Source: Lepidodermella squamata (lineage: Eukaryota; Animalia; Gastrotricha). From it: 64,000 nucleotides of DNA. The DNA is taken from positions 1,984,001-2,048,000 of the forward strand of contig JBLDXI010000020.1 of the NCBI GenBank assembly GCA_047495785.1, given 5' to 3'. The notes beneath the pieces were generated by a model. It was not told the origin of the DNA and made no database searches. It saw only the letters and a list, made by a program, of their open reading frames with translations. Shown piece after piece: positions 23,801 through 37,363 of this stretch (positions are counted from its first letter, which is position 1; every line of letters begins with the position of its first letter). The position numbers were made by a program, and so were the translations under genes.

Positions 23801-25250
23801 GTAATGGCAACTATTCTCAACGAAGAATTGCATGTTGAAGTTGACGAGAAAGTCGCGGATAACCGGCAAGAAATCAACTTGGACGAAGTTCACCCGCTAT
23901 TAACCCACGATGACCCAGTTCTCTCGGACGTGTCAGAGGGTGACGATGAGGAGGAGGATTTGGGCGATGATTCAACTCCGCGGCGGAAGAAACGGCATCG
24001 GAAAACTCGGGAAGAAAACCGGTTATTAACAACGTCCGCCACGCCGGAAATGAACGAAACTGATCGGTATTTATTATTAATTAATTTTTTAGAAATTAAT
24101 TAGAATTTTTCCGATAATTCTTTAGGATTTATAATTTTTTCGTTGTGATTGTCTCATTCCTTTATTACGTTTACAGTTGATGATGAGGGGCATTGAGAGA
24201 AAGACAGGTAAAGCTCATCTAACGATTAATCACAGATAACGACAATCATAAATATTATGGTAGTGACCTATTTTTTTCATATAACAAGTACTTGGTCTTC
24301 GTAAATCTATGCCGTGTTTTATTGATGTCATAAAAATAATACGCTCTTCTAACAAAAATTAACCGCATCCTGGCATTTTATTGAATAATTATCTTATAGG
24401 TAAGGAATTTCCATCTTATTCATAGCCGTTTTTGTGAAATTTTTCAAGCGAAAAATCATGCACAGGTTATGTGTTAAGACGTCATTCTACAGCACACATA
24501 GAGACGGGCGAAATAAATCGTCGAAAACAATGTGGATTAATTTACGTAAATAAATTGAAAAAATAGGAGTCAAAATTCTGGCAGTTCGTAAGTTGATACC
24601 AATGGGGGAAATATTCTTTGTTAACTCAGGCATGCTATGATGCTTTTATCAGCAATATAATCGACACTGAAAATTAACCAGCATGGTGCTTTTCAAATCT
24701 TGCTGCCTTCAAACCTGAACTTTTCCCCGACAGAACAATCAATTTTCCCTATTCCTTCGATTTCGATTTTCTTGTTTGCTATTTTTATTTAAATAATTAG
24801 TTGATTATTGTTTTTTTTTTTTAAAGCGAGGTATCGTTGGCTAAACCGGAGATCAGCAGTGACGAGGAGGGGCTCGATAATTCGATAGTCATGGTTTTAC
24901 GGAAATCTTCAACCACTTTATCATCGCCAGGTCGCAAGGTCGGTCCTCTGGTTGTTATGGCTACAAATAATCAAATCCTTCGAAACGGGCGAGTCAGCTC
25001 GGCCCTGAGCAGTCACGACATTGAGGGTGCGTCCAAGTTTCCGATGATGAATCACGTGTTCGGGTCAACGGTTGGAAGCAACCGGCGCCGTAGTCGCCAC
25101 TCGTCGAGCAGCACCAAGCTAAGCTCCGCCCACTCGCCGCACTGGCAGCCGTCCTCGCTAACGCCGTCCATTTCAACGTACAGCGGCCAGCCTCGAACAA
25201 CTTCGGGGTCTTGCGTCAACATCTACTGTGATACTGAGACGTTTTTATAG
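17832..25250 (+). CDS. GABA-B receptor-like class C GPCR (Venus flytrap + 7TM + coiled-coil tail), about 9 exons
   Basis: 7TM_3 motifs YIKMSSPNLNNFILIGSCLCY, GFSLAFGAMLTKTWRV, LAWKTRGVRLAALNDSYQIGVSIY and IFVPK. Also an ANF-receptor-like ectodomain (NTFSVVPS, IDGRTGAIRF) and a C-terminal heptad RRLRLTEVNDDIGKLETQLAQL. The start codon and the subtype are uncertain. Confidence 0.88.
21951..22090. repeat. Intronic hairpin / small foldback element
   Basis: Outer arms cactgacaagtgaaaaatgggt and acccatttttcacttatcagtg; inner arms atatatcaatcgaatc and gattcgtttgatatat. Confidence 0.6.
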
Positions 25251-25832
25251 GGTTCTTTGACTTATTATCGGATTTCGGAAAAAGCTTCGATTTCGAACTA
25301 ATTTGGGACATTTTTTCCTTGAGTCAATCGCTTATCAGGTTAAAATGAAAAAAATAGAACATAGCACGTGACTGGTTTTCTAAGCCGACTTAATATCATT
25401 GATTGATTCCTCTAAGTTCAATAAATTAATTATTGAGCGTCTCTCTGAAAAAAAATCGATGTCCCAAAAAAGTGTAAATCGAAGCTTTTTTTCTTAATCA
25501 TGTGAAGCACCAAGATCACTCTGGTTTCTGCCAAAAATAGACAAAACCCTTGGACTTGTATTTGAAAAATTTATTATACCATGATACGTATAAAAACACT
25601 CGATTTTTAATACTGTAACCAATTATTATTGTTTTTTCTGATATACAACAAAATTTCGCTGCCACTTGAGGTATATCGGCGCTATAATAATTCGGACTAA
25701 AAACGAGTGATTACAATTATTAATATTACAGAAATGTCATGATTTACGGTTATAAAACACAATGAGAGGAAGAGAAAAAGACAATCACTTCAATAAAAAA
25801 TTTGATTAATAATTTTTAAGCTGGATTTTTTT

Positions 25833-27358
25833 CTAATAATTTTCCTCCGAGTTATTGAGACCTGGTAATATAATAGCAGCATCCTCTCCCTCGATAAGAA
25901 ACGGTGATGACTCATCAATATTATCGTCTTCATCATGATCGGAAGACAGCGACGGAGTATGATCAGTGAATCTTGGCTCGTTGTTGTTCGCAATTGAAAA
26001 TGACTCATCTACATCGTTGATGATCGGTTGTTGCAAGTCGGCTGATATTTCACCCGGCTGATTGATGATTGCTGAATTTCGAGAAACCGCCGCGGCCGCT
26101 GCGGCGGCGTTGACTAGAAAATGCCGGCGAATGTGAACTTGAGCGTGGTCGCTTCGGCTGAAAGCTCGCCGGCAGACGGTACAAGTGAACGGCCGATAGC
26201 CGGAGTGGAGGCGTAAATGCCGTTGAAGACCGTCCGATCGCGTGAAACCTCGCCCGCATTGGTTGCAGTGGAACCGCTTTGGCGTCTTGTTATGCCCGGC
26301 TCCGCGAACTCGGCCTGCAGGTGTTGTTGATTGGTCACCCGATGTCCTTTCATTTGACTGCTCGCCATTTTCTGAGCTTAACCGCTCCAGTTTCGGACAA
26401 TCGACCACAAAGTTGCTCTCAGACGATTTTTGTCGCTGAAATTCGCTCGCCGATGGCCTTCCTCGTTTCCTGTAAAAATGGTAAAAAAACCATTTTATAA
26501 GGCAATTATCCACAATCATTAAAATTTATAAATCAAATTTTCATTGGCATCATTCCTATATGATTTAATGATGTAGGAGGTCACTCTTTAAATATTTTCC
26601 AAATGAGAAACAATTTTTAAGGGGAATTTCAAGGGAATTTAAAAAAAGGGCTTTTAAAAGAGAGCATTTTTTCGATTTTTTAGCATCCTTAAAAAATCCT
26701 CAAAAATCCTCAAAATCTTGTTCGATATCAGTTTTTATGTTATTGAAGAAATTTAAATTTTTTAGAATTTTTCAAAATTTTAAGTAAAATTTTTGAATTT
26801 TTTTAAATATTTAAAAATTTCAACCCTCAAGAAATTTGAAATTTAAGCTAATAATTCCTTGAAATTAAGGTGGATTCATATTTACCTGCTGACTAAAGGT
26901 GAGATCGACAATGATTTTTCGATCAGATCGTCGATCACCATAGGACTAGCAGTAGTTGTCATTGATGGTCGCGCAGAACTCGAGGTAGTCCTTGTCCCGC
27001 CAGATTTCCTCTTCGTCGACAAATTAAGCGGCTCATCGTCGTTGACTGAAATAACAGGTGATGGTTGCTGAACTGGTTTTTGTAACGAAACCACCTGGAG
27101 TTGAGATGCCTGTTGGGCTTGCTTCATTGTCGTAAGCCAACTGTTGAGAATCAGCGGCATTAAAAGATCGTTTTGCTGCTGTGTTGGAGGCAGTACCAAA
27201 TTGGTACCCGGCGACAGATTCGCCAGCAAACTGGAACCAGACGATGACGATGCGCCTATGGCGGCCAGGAGGAGCTGGGCCACGTTGGTTCCAGCGCTGG
27301 AACCGGCGGCTAACATTGGCAATTGTTGAAGAAATTGCTGTTGATGGTTATTAGCCAT
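25833..27358 (-). CDS. C2H2 zinc-finger transcription factor (two KLF/EGR-like fingers, PLNLS CtBP-type motif), 2 exons
   Basis: Exon 1 (27358 to about 26886) is Gln/Ser-rich and contains [10 protein letters not shown]. Exon 2 (about 26471-25833) contains [49 protein letters not shown]. Confidence 0.88.
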
Positions 27359-29160
27359 AGGTATTAGTAATTTTCGAGGTTGAATTTTGATAAGAATGAT
27401 TTGCCTCGCCGTCGCCTCGTCAGCCAACCGCACCAGCCGTTGTCCTTTCCCGGCTCATCACGCAAGGGGTGTCTTCACGGCGCTTCTTAATGGCCGGCCA
27501 AATTACGTTGTTTTTATACATGTTGTCTTAAAGTTAGGCATTTATGCGCGTATATAGGTATAATGGCGATGGCACTGGTGCCGCGTTAGAGGCGGCGGCG
27601 GCGGGCGCCAATTTGTGCAAGCTGAGACACCGCCGGGTCGTAAATATATGCGCGCGCCCGATGATCGCGCGCTCGCGCAAAAGGTGCCGGCAAATTTTAG
27701 CATTTCTTGATACTTCTTATATTATTACTATACTTACCTACCTATAAGCGCAGATGATAATTTGCGTGAGATGCGCGGAGACCAGGCGGCTAAGCGGCGT
27801 TTTGCACCTGATGATCAACCGCGCGCGCAGCCCATTAGCATCGATTATCAGCGGCCCGCCTCGAGGTCGCGCGCGCACACCCGCTTCAGGTCGAAAATGG
27901 CCCGTTGGCACGCAAAGTGGATGATGCGCGTAAACAAGAAAGCGGATTTTAGCCGCAGCAACTCTCGCCTCGCATGGGCACTCGATTCTGGCCATATCGT
28001 CAGCCCAAACAACAAGAAAAATCAGCAACATTCGAAATTTATTCCGTTCAATTAATTTTTTTTTAATTTCAAAATTAATCAAGCTTTTTACTGCGAGCTT
28101 TTTAAAAAAATCACAGAGTAGACAAAGTAGCTCCTGCCACTTCTAAGGGTCTTAGGGTTACGCATCAATATGAAAAAATTCAATTCAAATTAAAAAAAAT
28201 CGACTTTTAAGACAAATTCGTTTTGGGACATCCGCTCTAATTACTTACTTATACCCATTCAAACTTTTTTTGAGGTGATTTTATCGGCTTGTCCCACCCG
28301 AAATTAAGATGAATTGGAACGTTCCAGGTCACCGCATTATTTGCAAATTAGCACCATTAAACAAGTCATAGTCAATAGTCAATAGTCCCGAGTCATATAT
28401 TTTTTTAATTGCCGAGTGCCGAGAATGAGATGAAAGTAGCTTGAAATTTCAAAATTTTCGAGCTTATAGATGCTGAATGTCAAAAGTTATCCCAAACATT
28501 AGCATAAAACAATTATCCTTGTCACGAAATTTTCCGAGTCTTTAAAACAAGCGTATTATAATAGCTGTGTCTCTTAATCATCGCCAAAATAGATTTGAAA
28601 TAAAGGGGATGAGCATGGCTTGTTTTTACCACTCATATCAGCGAGAAGAAAATAATTCAATGACCTCATCCTTCATTCATTGCGATCCACTACCACATCA
28701 TTCCAATTCTATCAGCAGCTTTCATAGTTTATATCTCTATTTAAGCGATTCGAGAAATCTCAATGATCGCCGCCAAAGTCTTCTCATTTAATTGAAGTTG
28801 CCCTCCTTTGTAGAAGTTTCTACGCTAAACCCGCTGCCATTTGCGTGGATCCTGATGCGGGCGCTCGCCACCGGACCAAAAGTTGGACATAAATTATATC
28901 ATAAACATGTTCAGTCCCATTTTATTCAATGAAACAGGTGCCATATGCGCAGGTGGAAAAGGTAAATACTGTCATTATTGGCATACAGGAAAAAGCACCG
29001 AAAGTTAGACGTCTCGGAGATCTTTCTGGATTTTTACAAAACAAGCGATAATTACGGCACAATGTCACTCATCAATCGAATTACATAGCCTAGTGAACTG
29101 AGGAAAGACGAAAATATAATTTAACAATTGTTACAAAGTCCAGCTCAGCTGGGTATCAGC

Positions 29161-30235
29161 TCATGCGTCTGAATGATTTTCGATCCGTAACATTACGACT
29201 AAATATGGAAAAATGTTCGAAATTTGATGAAAAGATGTAAAATATCTCATTACCGGGATTGTTGTCCCTTGGTTGTTGCGCTCGGTCAAATACTTAGCCA
29301 TAACTTGTTGAATAATGTTCATTCGATCAGAAGCGGACAGGGATGAAAATCCTAGTTTAAGAAAATGAAAAAAATTTGAAATTAATTCAGCAAAAAAATC
29401 ATAATAAATAATGATTATAGGAATGGTCTCAAATTTTCTCCCATTAAAAAACCAAATTTTCCGAACTCCCAACTGACCTCTCTATATATCCTTGACCTGC
29501 CTCATAATATAAAGGGGTGTTTTGATACATTGCATAAAACTAGACGAATCTAAATTCAAAAAATATTAATACCAGGCAGATTATGAGCGAAACTAATGAC
29601 GTCATGCACGAGACCACCCAAGCTGCCTAAAGTCACCATTCCATCGCCAAGCGAAACGCTTTCAAGTAATTGAGGGGCGGATCCTGATGTCGAATCACCG
29701 AAGTCATCAACGCGTGCGACACCTGAGGCCGAATCACTCCTCATACTTGCATCTGATCCGTTCAAACTGCGCCTTATTACATCACGAGCAGGCGATTTTT
29801 TGCTTCCGGTAGATTTCTTAAGATTTGCTTGTGGTTTTGATTTTATCATGCGATCTTAAAAAAATTGAAATTAAATTAAAAAGTTATAGAAATTTGCTTA
29901 AAAATACCAGAAATTCTCATGCCGATTGAGTAGCATTTTTGAAGCCGGCATTTTGGGCAGTTGAGCCTGAGCACGGAGCCTGAACTCGTGAGAACAGCGC
30001 GTTCGCTTGAAATCGAACACCCAGATGACCCTTCGATGCACCGAAGCGAATCCGAGGCCGAATAATTGCGCAGGAAAAACTTTTTACACGCCTCGCAAGC
30101 TTGAACCCCGCATCGGATTCGATTTCCCGTTGGAATATTGCACACCTTGGTAAAAAAAATGAAATAAATTTGATACTAATAAAAAAATCGTCTTACTTTG
30201 CACGTAATTGAAGTATTTTTTAAAATTGAAACCAT
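29161..30235 (-). CDS. Atypical nuclear receptor 1 of the array; LBD apparently truncated or with an unresolved 3' end
   Basis: MVSILKNTSITCK|VCNIPTGNRIRCGVQACEACKKFFLRN...CPKCRLQKCYSIGM, with LBD signature VISFAHNLPG|FSSLSASDRMNII. There is a stop at 29161 and no recognisable WxP/AF-2 exons were found downstream. Confidence 0.75.
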
Positions 30236-30689
30236 TGAAAATCAACGAATTTAGACAATTTCAAAATATATAGGACAGCGAAACAAAATTTCGAACAATT
30301 TTTTTTCAGGACCAGGGACGCATAATTATGACACGGGGCGAGGTACAAGGCACAACTCTCTTCGCGGCTAAACTGTCGCATTAAATTAGCTGTCTCACAA
30401 ATTAGTGTCACTTTTTTGCGGAGAAAACGTACGAAAATATTGACGTCATTTGGCCATGTCTGTGGCGCATAATTTGCGACGCGCTGTCTGAAAAAAATGG
30501 AAGGTGATGTGTACCAATGTCTTCAGTAAAATCATGGACCCCTTGTAAGTCTATATTGATATAATAAAAAGTCGGTGATGATTAAGCGCAAAATAGATGG
30601 ATCTGTCGCAAGTATAAACGGATTATTTCACACGCCCAGACTAAGATGTAATGCCGATGAGGCATTCCTGTAAATAAAAAACATTTCGA

Positions 30690-33058
30690 ACAATTGGTCA
30701 AGCCACATGAATGTTGATTGAAGAGTCTGTTTCAAGCCGATGGCGATGTTAGATGAAGAAAGTGATAGCCGGCACTTCGACCTCCGACGTCTGTGAAGCC
30801 AACTTGGACGTGGGTGGGCGAGATCACGAGTTGGAAAACAACTGAGAAAAAGTATTAGGTCTTTAGCTTTGCAACTTGATTATCGGCACGGCACAGTCAG
30901 CAAGAAAGTAGGTATCCAGCAAAGGGATGACAGCTATTCTTAAAAAATGATTCTATAAGCAGAGGATGAAGAAATTTTTGGGAGAATTATCGAGAACCGT
31001 GGTCAGACTTTTCAGCAGTGACACTTCAGCAAATGAGGGTCAAATCATCACTGACTTTTCATCAGTGACACCTTGTCAGTAAAAAATTCATAAAAATCAT
31101 ATTTTTGTATTAATTTAAATAACTCCTGCAGACAAGTGAGCAGTGACTTTTCAGCAGCGACAAATGAGCAAGTGACACTTCATCAATTTTCATTAATTTA
31201 TCTCGGGCATTGAACTTGCACTTTTTGAGCTCAACTTCAATGCAGCGCATAGTCCCCCTGCTGAATACGGCTGAAATTCTGTTGATGAAATGTCTCCGCT
31301 GAAATGTGACTGCGCAAATGTCACCGAGATAATAAAGATAATAAATTTGGAAAAATTTAGGATAAATTATCAAAAATCACTGCTGACTTGTCACTGATGA
31401 TTTATCTGCTAATGTCGCTGCTCATTTGTCACTGATGAAAAGTCACTGCTCATTTGACCCTCATTTGCTGAATTGTCACTGCTGAAAAGTCTTACAACCA
31501 TTGAGAACAAAGGATTTTATGTCTTTTATTCATTCATTCTTTTAATTAGCTACGAGCGATTGGCAGCAATTTCCAAGTGAATTTGTGTCTCAAGATTTTA
31601 CAAGTTCAATTTTTCATCGAATATTTAATATTTTGGTTCGATTTTTTAAAGGCGCGATTTTGCCTGGTCAAATTAAAGTTTTTCTGTATGCCCAGTTGAA
31701 TTTCATCCTAACTATTAGCTTTCTGCATGGAATTTCCTTATTCAATTTTTTATGATTTGCCACCTGTCTATTTGTCACTCGGAAGACACCCTAAATTGTC
31801 ACTTCCTAATACATTTTCTGAAGAAAAATTAGCTTAGTACGTCAGTAGTTGAAATTGATGAAAATTGTCCGTGGACAATATGTCACTAAAGGATTAAAAC
31901 GCGAGTAAGAAGGTCACTTTGTTGATATGTACGATGGACATCGGCAATGGAAAAGCATTCCTTAAAATTCGCTAAGTAATTGGTGCGGACATGTCTGTCA
32001 TTAGTCAAACAGGGCTGTTATGATAAATGAGAATACTTTCACCTTCGAATTTACAGTTTGAATCACGTCCATCCGAATTAAAGGTACTTTCATCGTCGCA
32101 TTCCTCGCCAAGTCCGGGCTCATTAAAATTGTCATACCATAATGTAAGGTACCCATTGTCTCAGATACGGTCGTCTCAACTCAACTTCTTGATATCGAGA
32201 CAGACCAATTAGTTACAGTCAAGCTTGTGAGTTGAAGAATTTGACCCTGAAATTGAGGTCGTAATGGACGTTTCAGTCAAAGACGAAGTTTGATTTGATG
32301 AATCTTCATTGGATATATCTTAGTATTACAGATAGGTAATTTTTGAAGTAACAGCTGAAGTAAATAACCGTAAATTCCCAAATACAAGCCCAGGCGGCAC
32401 TACAAAGAAGACCGTAATTCAAAATTAAGTAGCAGGCACTGTAAGTGTAACCAGCCACGTGGCAAGCCGCTGAACAGAACAGAAAAACATGTATAAATGA
32501 ATCTGAAAGGAGCAAAGTGAACTTCCAATTCAAACATTGGCATTCAGTTTATGCCTTTAGAGTAATCGGGATTCGAGGAACTAGGGACCTTGTGAATGTT
32601 GGGGTTTTCACCAGCAGATTCCTCTCGATAACGCCTCGGACTTTAGGGGAGCTATAGCCGACTGAATTTTTTGGGGTAACTAGTCAGATCGCTCATCGAT
32701 ATAGCACAGACGCCAATTTTCCCGATTTCTTGAACTTGGTTAGGACGGAACGAATTGAACCCAACAATATATAATTTGACATGATAAGTTCCCGGATGAC
32801 TTTAAAAACTATTTTCCGGCCAAGTTCCCCTATATCGCTGTATTGGTGCCATACATAAGCTTAGCATTGATGTGTTTTCTTTAAACTTACGCGTTGCACT
32901 GCAGTTGTAATTGACGCACCCCGATGCCACAAATTCCTGAAAATTATAAATATAGTTTTTCGAAAATAACTACCGATTCTTTCTTAGGTGTTAGGCACCA
33001 AGTCTGAGAAGACAATGAAAATCCAGTCAGCTAATCCCTGGTAATTTCTCGCGGCCAT
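30690..33058 (-). pseudogene. Degenerate tandem copy of the lectin-mucin-vWA gene
   Basis: Exons 1-3 match the intact gene (MAARNYQGLADWIFIVFSDL|EFVASGCVNYNCSAT|ACHVAGYTYSACY). The CTL domains are largely deleted with stops. A remnant EPGLGEECDDESTFNSDGRDSNCKFEG lies at about 32040-32125, and an indel-ridden vWA remnant at about 30740-30940 matches 34370-34580. Confidence 0.85.
31005..31492. mobile_element. Foldback element with internally repeated CAGTGAC subunits
   Basis: Arms agacttttcagcagtgacacttcagcaaatgagggtcaaat and atttgaccctcatttgctgaattgtcactgctgaaaagtct, with many cagtgac/gtcactg copies pointing inward. Confidence 0.75.
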
Positions 33059-33998
33059 TTTTATTTTTTAAATTTGTTTTTAATTTCACTGCTCCCAATT
33101 GCGGATTTCACTGTTGGAGTCGAAAGCGTGTCCCTGCCCGCAAAATGACAACACATCTCGGTTGAAAGTTGGTTCAGAATATTTGTAAACTGACCGTGAA
33201 TCTGACAGCGTGGACCTATGCATATTTTCAATATTTCAGGCATTGTTTGTTAATATAACGAACTCTTCATCAATAGTAGATCTAAAACTGTTATCGCCAG
33301 CAAAACAACTATTAGCTAATGAATTTTAGATATTACTGAACGTTGAACTCATGCGGAGTGTTGAAAATATCAATAAAACGAAGCTGGAAGATCCATTGAT
33401 ATCGTAGTCCTATGTTCATGAATTAGCCAGAGCGACTCCATTAGTTCAGTCAGTCAGTCTAGCTTCTCACTGCAATCTCGTTTCAAACTGTCAGCTACAA
33501 GGTGCGATGGTAACTGGTTCGGTAATTTTCGGTATTTTACCCGATTGCCCCAAATTTCTCTGGACTTGCTTAATCCCAGTAACGAGTGACATATTTGATT
33601 TGACATATTCTCGAGATTTTTGTAATTTTTCAAACATTTTTCTGGACACGAGACACAAAATTTGAGATGAGATTCGTCTCTCATTTCAGATTTTCTGAAC
33701 CCTTTTACGTGTATTTTCTTTGCTTGTGTTACTATTTTTTTCCCATTTTTGGACAACTTTATCATGAGAAAGGTCCTGGGGAGTGGAGCCCAGCAAAGTA
33801 ATAGTCTAGGTCCACTGTTATTGGGCTGTTATGGGTAATACCCCGCAACCTGAAACCTTTCGTGAAGTTCTGTGTCTAATTCCAGGCTGTCAGTCCTAGA
33901 ACTAGACTCTGGGAATATGAAATGACTACGTAGCATTCCCGAAAACAAACTGGACATTGTGGAAGAATTGATTTCAGTTTATTTATAAAATGACATAA

Positions 33999-36900
33999 TC
34001 AAACTACCGTGTTTAAATATCCAAGAATGGGATAAATGTTCGCCATTAATTGATTAAAATGCTGCAGGACTAGATATTTTATGTTTTCCAGGTTCAGCAT
34101 ATATTCGACTTTTCTAGTAACTGCATTGCTCTCGATGGACAGGATGAACAATCGCCTGGCCAAGTTTTGACTTTGAACCAACGCATCGTGGAAATGCTGA
34201 GTGTCTACAACTTTGGAGGACGTTATGAAAATTGAAACAGCAACAGTGCCGATGCGATGCCCAGAAGTAGGACTGAAAGCCTTCAGATCTGAAATGCGAG
34301 CTATTCCATTGGTCAAATTAGCCGATCCGCCTAGATACAGCATTGATTGAAGGGTCTGGTTCAAGCTGATGGCAATGTTAGATGAAGAAAGTGGTGTCGC
34401 GTGATAGCCTGCACTTCGACCTCCAAAGACAATGAAGCCAACTTGGACCTGGGTGGGCGAGATCAAGAGTTGGGAAACAACTGATCGAAGGTAGGCCTTG
34501 AGCTTAGCAACTTGGATTATTGGCACGGATAAAGATACGTCGATGAGAAAGTAGATATCCAGCAACCGGTTGACAACTGTTGACAAAATTTGCAAAACAC
34601 ATACTCATTAACAAGATGGTTAGGTTGCTATGTTTTACCAAGTTCAACTGATTTTAATTGCGTTGAAAAATCACCCTGAAAAATCCACCCTATACAGGGT
34701 GTCCCAAACGTTGCGCAACTATTTTTTATTTTGCAACTATTTGTAGGAAATTCAACTACCGGGAGAATATTCAACCTTTTATCTGCGGTTTAACGAAAGA
34801 AATTAAAAATTTACCGGAGAAAACCCGGAAACCCCCAATGGTAAGCCAATGATAACTGGTTCAGTAAATTTTGTTATTTTACTCGGTTTGACCAATTTTC
34901 TCCGGACTTTAATAATCCCCATAACAAGTGACATACTTGATTACTATGCTCGTCTATTTTCTTTGCTTGCTTTACTTATGGGACACGCTGTATTAGTGTA
35001 ATCAGAGTTATTCAACAAAGCTAACTAGGGCTATCCTTATTCCTGATATATCCTAAAATGCGACAAAATTAGAGTTCCTGGTCTTTTAGAATAGACAAAA
35101 ACACAGGTTCAATTCAGAACCGTGACATGACTTATCGATGATTATTTACCTTCAAATTGACAATCCACATTGCAACCGTCACCATTAATCGAGTTACCAT
35201 CATCGCATTGTTCTCCTGATAGAGGCTCCAGAACGCCATTGCCGCATTGCCTGCTTGATGACGTGGCTGGGATAGACGCAGTTGTATTCTGTATGACAAA
35301 TGTCGTCGATACTGAATTAGAAGTGGCTGTTGATGTTGTTATCGAGGACGACACTGATGTAGTGCTAGTTGATTGAACTTTCGTAGATTCTGAAGTTGTC
35401 TGGGGTGTTTGCGTTGTCGAAGTTGGTGACGTGGTGGACGTAGAACTCGAAGTCGAGACTGAAGTGCTAGATGAAGTCTGAATTGAAGTTGTGCTCGTTG
35501 GAGCAGCTGTAGGCAGTTCCGTAGTTATAGTAGTTGTCGTGGTTGAAGGGGAGGTTGTCGTAGTACTCGTAGTACTGCTGGACGTTGACGTTGAGACAGA
35601 AGTGCTAGATGAAGTTGTGCTTGTTGGAGCAGTTGTTGTGGTTGTAGTAGTAGTAGATGTGGTGGAAGGCGTGGTTGTAGTAGTAGTCGAAGTTGAGCTG
35701 GTGCTTGTGGTTATCACACTCCCACTAGTTGCAGCCCTCTGACATGCGTATCCATTGTTCCAATTCGACCCATCGCCACTGTTTGTCGACGTCCAGCCGG
35801 TTGTTGAAGAAATCCCATCCTGCACCCCATGAAGTACGCCAGTATCTTTCTGAAGTCGAAACGCAGTATCAGCTGCTCGCGGCATGCCCGCTCCGATGTC
35901 GAGCGCGTCCGACGTTGAAACGTAACTCCCGTCATCCTCCCATCGCCAACCTTGCGCTGTCTTACTAAGCCCTATCCACATGTTAGCTGGGATAGCCAAC
36001 ATAGCCGTTCTAGCTAAAATTAGCGTTGCTTCGTCACGCGGTGTCCAAACGTAAGCACCTAATGTCGAGCAGGCAGACACTGCTGCTGAAAAATTGACCA
36101 AACTGCCAGTGAAGTAATACAAGCATTTGTCCAAAAACTGCCTCCAAGACGTGCTAGGGCAGTCCAAACAGGCCATTGAAAACTCGCAAATGTAGTAATT
36201 TACAGCGGCGAAATCGCTGCCCGGGACAACAGTCCACTGCCCGCCGGACCTAGCAAGACTCGCGATGAATTGCGTCGAGGCTGGAACAGATTGCCAGTAA
36301 AGCCATGATGCTGAAGACTGAACCTGGACGAACGGCCCTATTGGTGGTAGGTAGGTTGGCATGAAGACACCAGTTCGATCCACAGTTATCGGGCTGTTGT
36401 CGAAAAATCGCCAAATCCCGTCTGAATCTGTTACGTAATTCTGCGTCACGTTCCAGACGGAACTCGCGGTTCCAGCGCTACGTCTCGCCCAATCTTGGAT
36501 GCCGAAGAAATAAGATCGAATTACATCCACGCCAGGCAGCGACATGACATAGGCCAACTCGTCTGAGCTGTTTGGAACGAAAAGATGGGCCCCGTTAACT
36601 GAACATGTCTTGGCGGCATTCAAATAATCAGACGTAGTGCTAGATTTGACAATTTGAGCGATAATAATTGAAATTTCGGGAAAATTATCTTACGTCGAAA
36701 TTAAGTAGCAGCTGTCGTAGCAGGCGCTGTAGGTGTATCCAGCCACGGGGCAAGCCGCTGAGTGGAATAGGAAAACAAGTGTAAATAATGACTCTGAAAG
36801 GAGCCAAGTGAATTTCCCGATTCGAAAACTTGGGTTTTTTTGGAATTCATTTTATGCCTTTAGATGAATTCAAGCCTTTTGGAGATTTCGCTTGCAGATT

Positions 36901-37363
36901 CCTCAAGATAGCACCTTGGAATTCTAAGTCGTTTGCGAGAAGCTTTTTAGTCGACCGAATTTTACTGAGGTAACTCAGGCTTAGCCAGACTGTTCATCAT
37001 CATGAAATATTAGTTCGTTCAACCAATTACCAAGGTTTGGCCAATTGAACAAGGTTGAATTTGAATTTGAACATTTTGGGCATGAGAGTAGAACAGCTCA
37101 CGGGTGACTTTAAAAAGCTCTTTTCCAGCCAATTTTACCCTACACCTTTGTATGATGTTGGTGCCATATAACTAAGATTTCTTTTTTTTTTTAACTTACG
37201 CGTTGCACTGCAGTTGTAATTGACGCATCCCGATGCCACAAATTCCTGAAAATTACAGATAATGTTTCCAGATAGGTATAAGGTACTGATTCTTAGGTCA
37301 TACCAAGTCTGAGAAGGCGAAAAAAATCCAGTAAACTAATGCCGGGTAATTTGCTGCGGGCAT
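33999..37363 (-). CDS. Secreted mosaic protein: 2 C-type lectin domains + Thr/Ser mucin stalk + Cys-rich CGNG..CDDGN repeat + vWA domain, 5 exons
   Basis: Exons at about 37363-37304 (MPAANYPALVYWIFFAFSDL), 37246-37201, 36759-36694, 36640-35150 and 34577-33999 join in phase. Motifs include MWIGLS, YYICEF, CGNGVLEPLSGEQCDDGNSINGDGC and DIYFLIDVSLS. Confidence 0.85.
34695..34990. mobile_element. Tc1-like MITE, intronic, same family as 13835-14155
   Basis: TA-cagggtgtccca ... tgggacacgctg-TA. Confidence 0.75.

Noticed and set aside
31005-31492. Short repeated units resembling a CRISPR array
   Set aside because: The repeats are inverted about the centre, irregularly spaced and in a eukaryotic context with no cas genes; this is a foldback element.
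35170-35968. Val-rich plus-strand ORFs
   Set aside because: Antisense shadows of the Thr/Ser mucin stalk.
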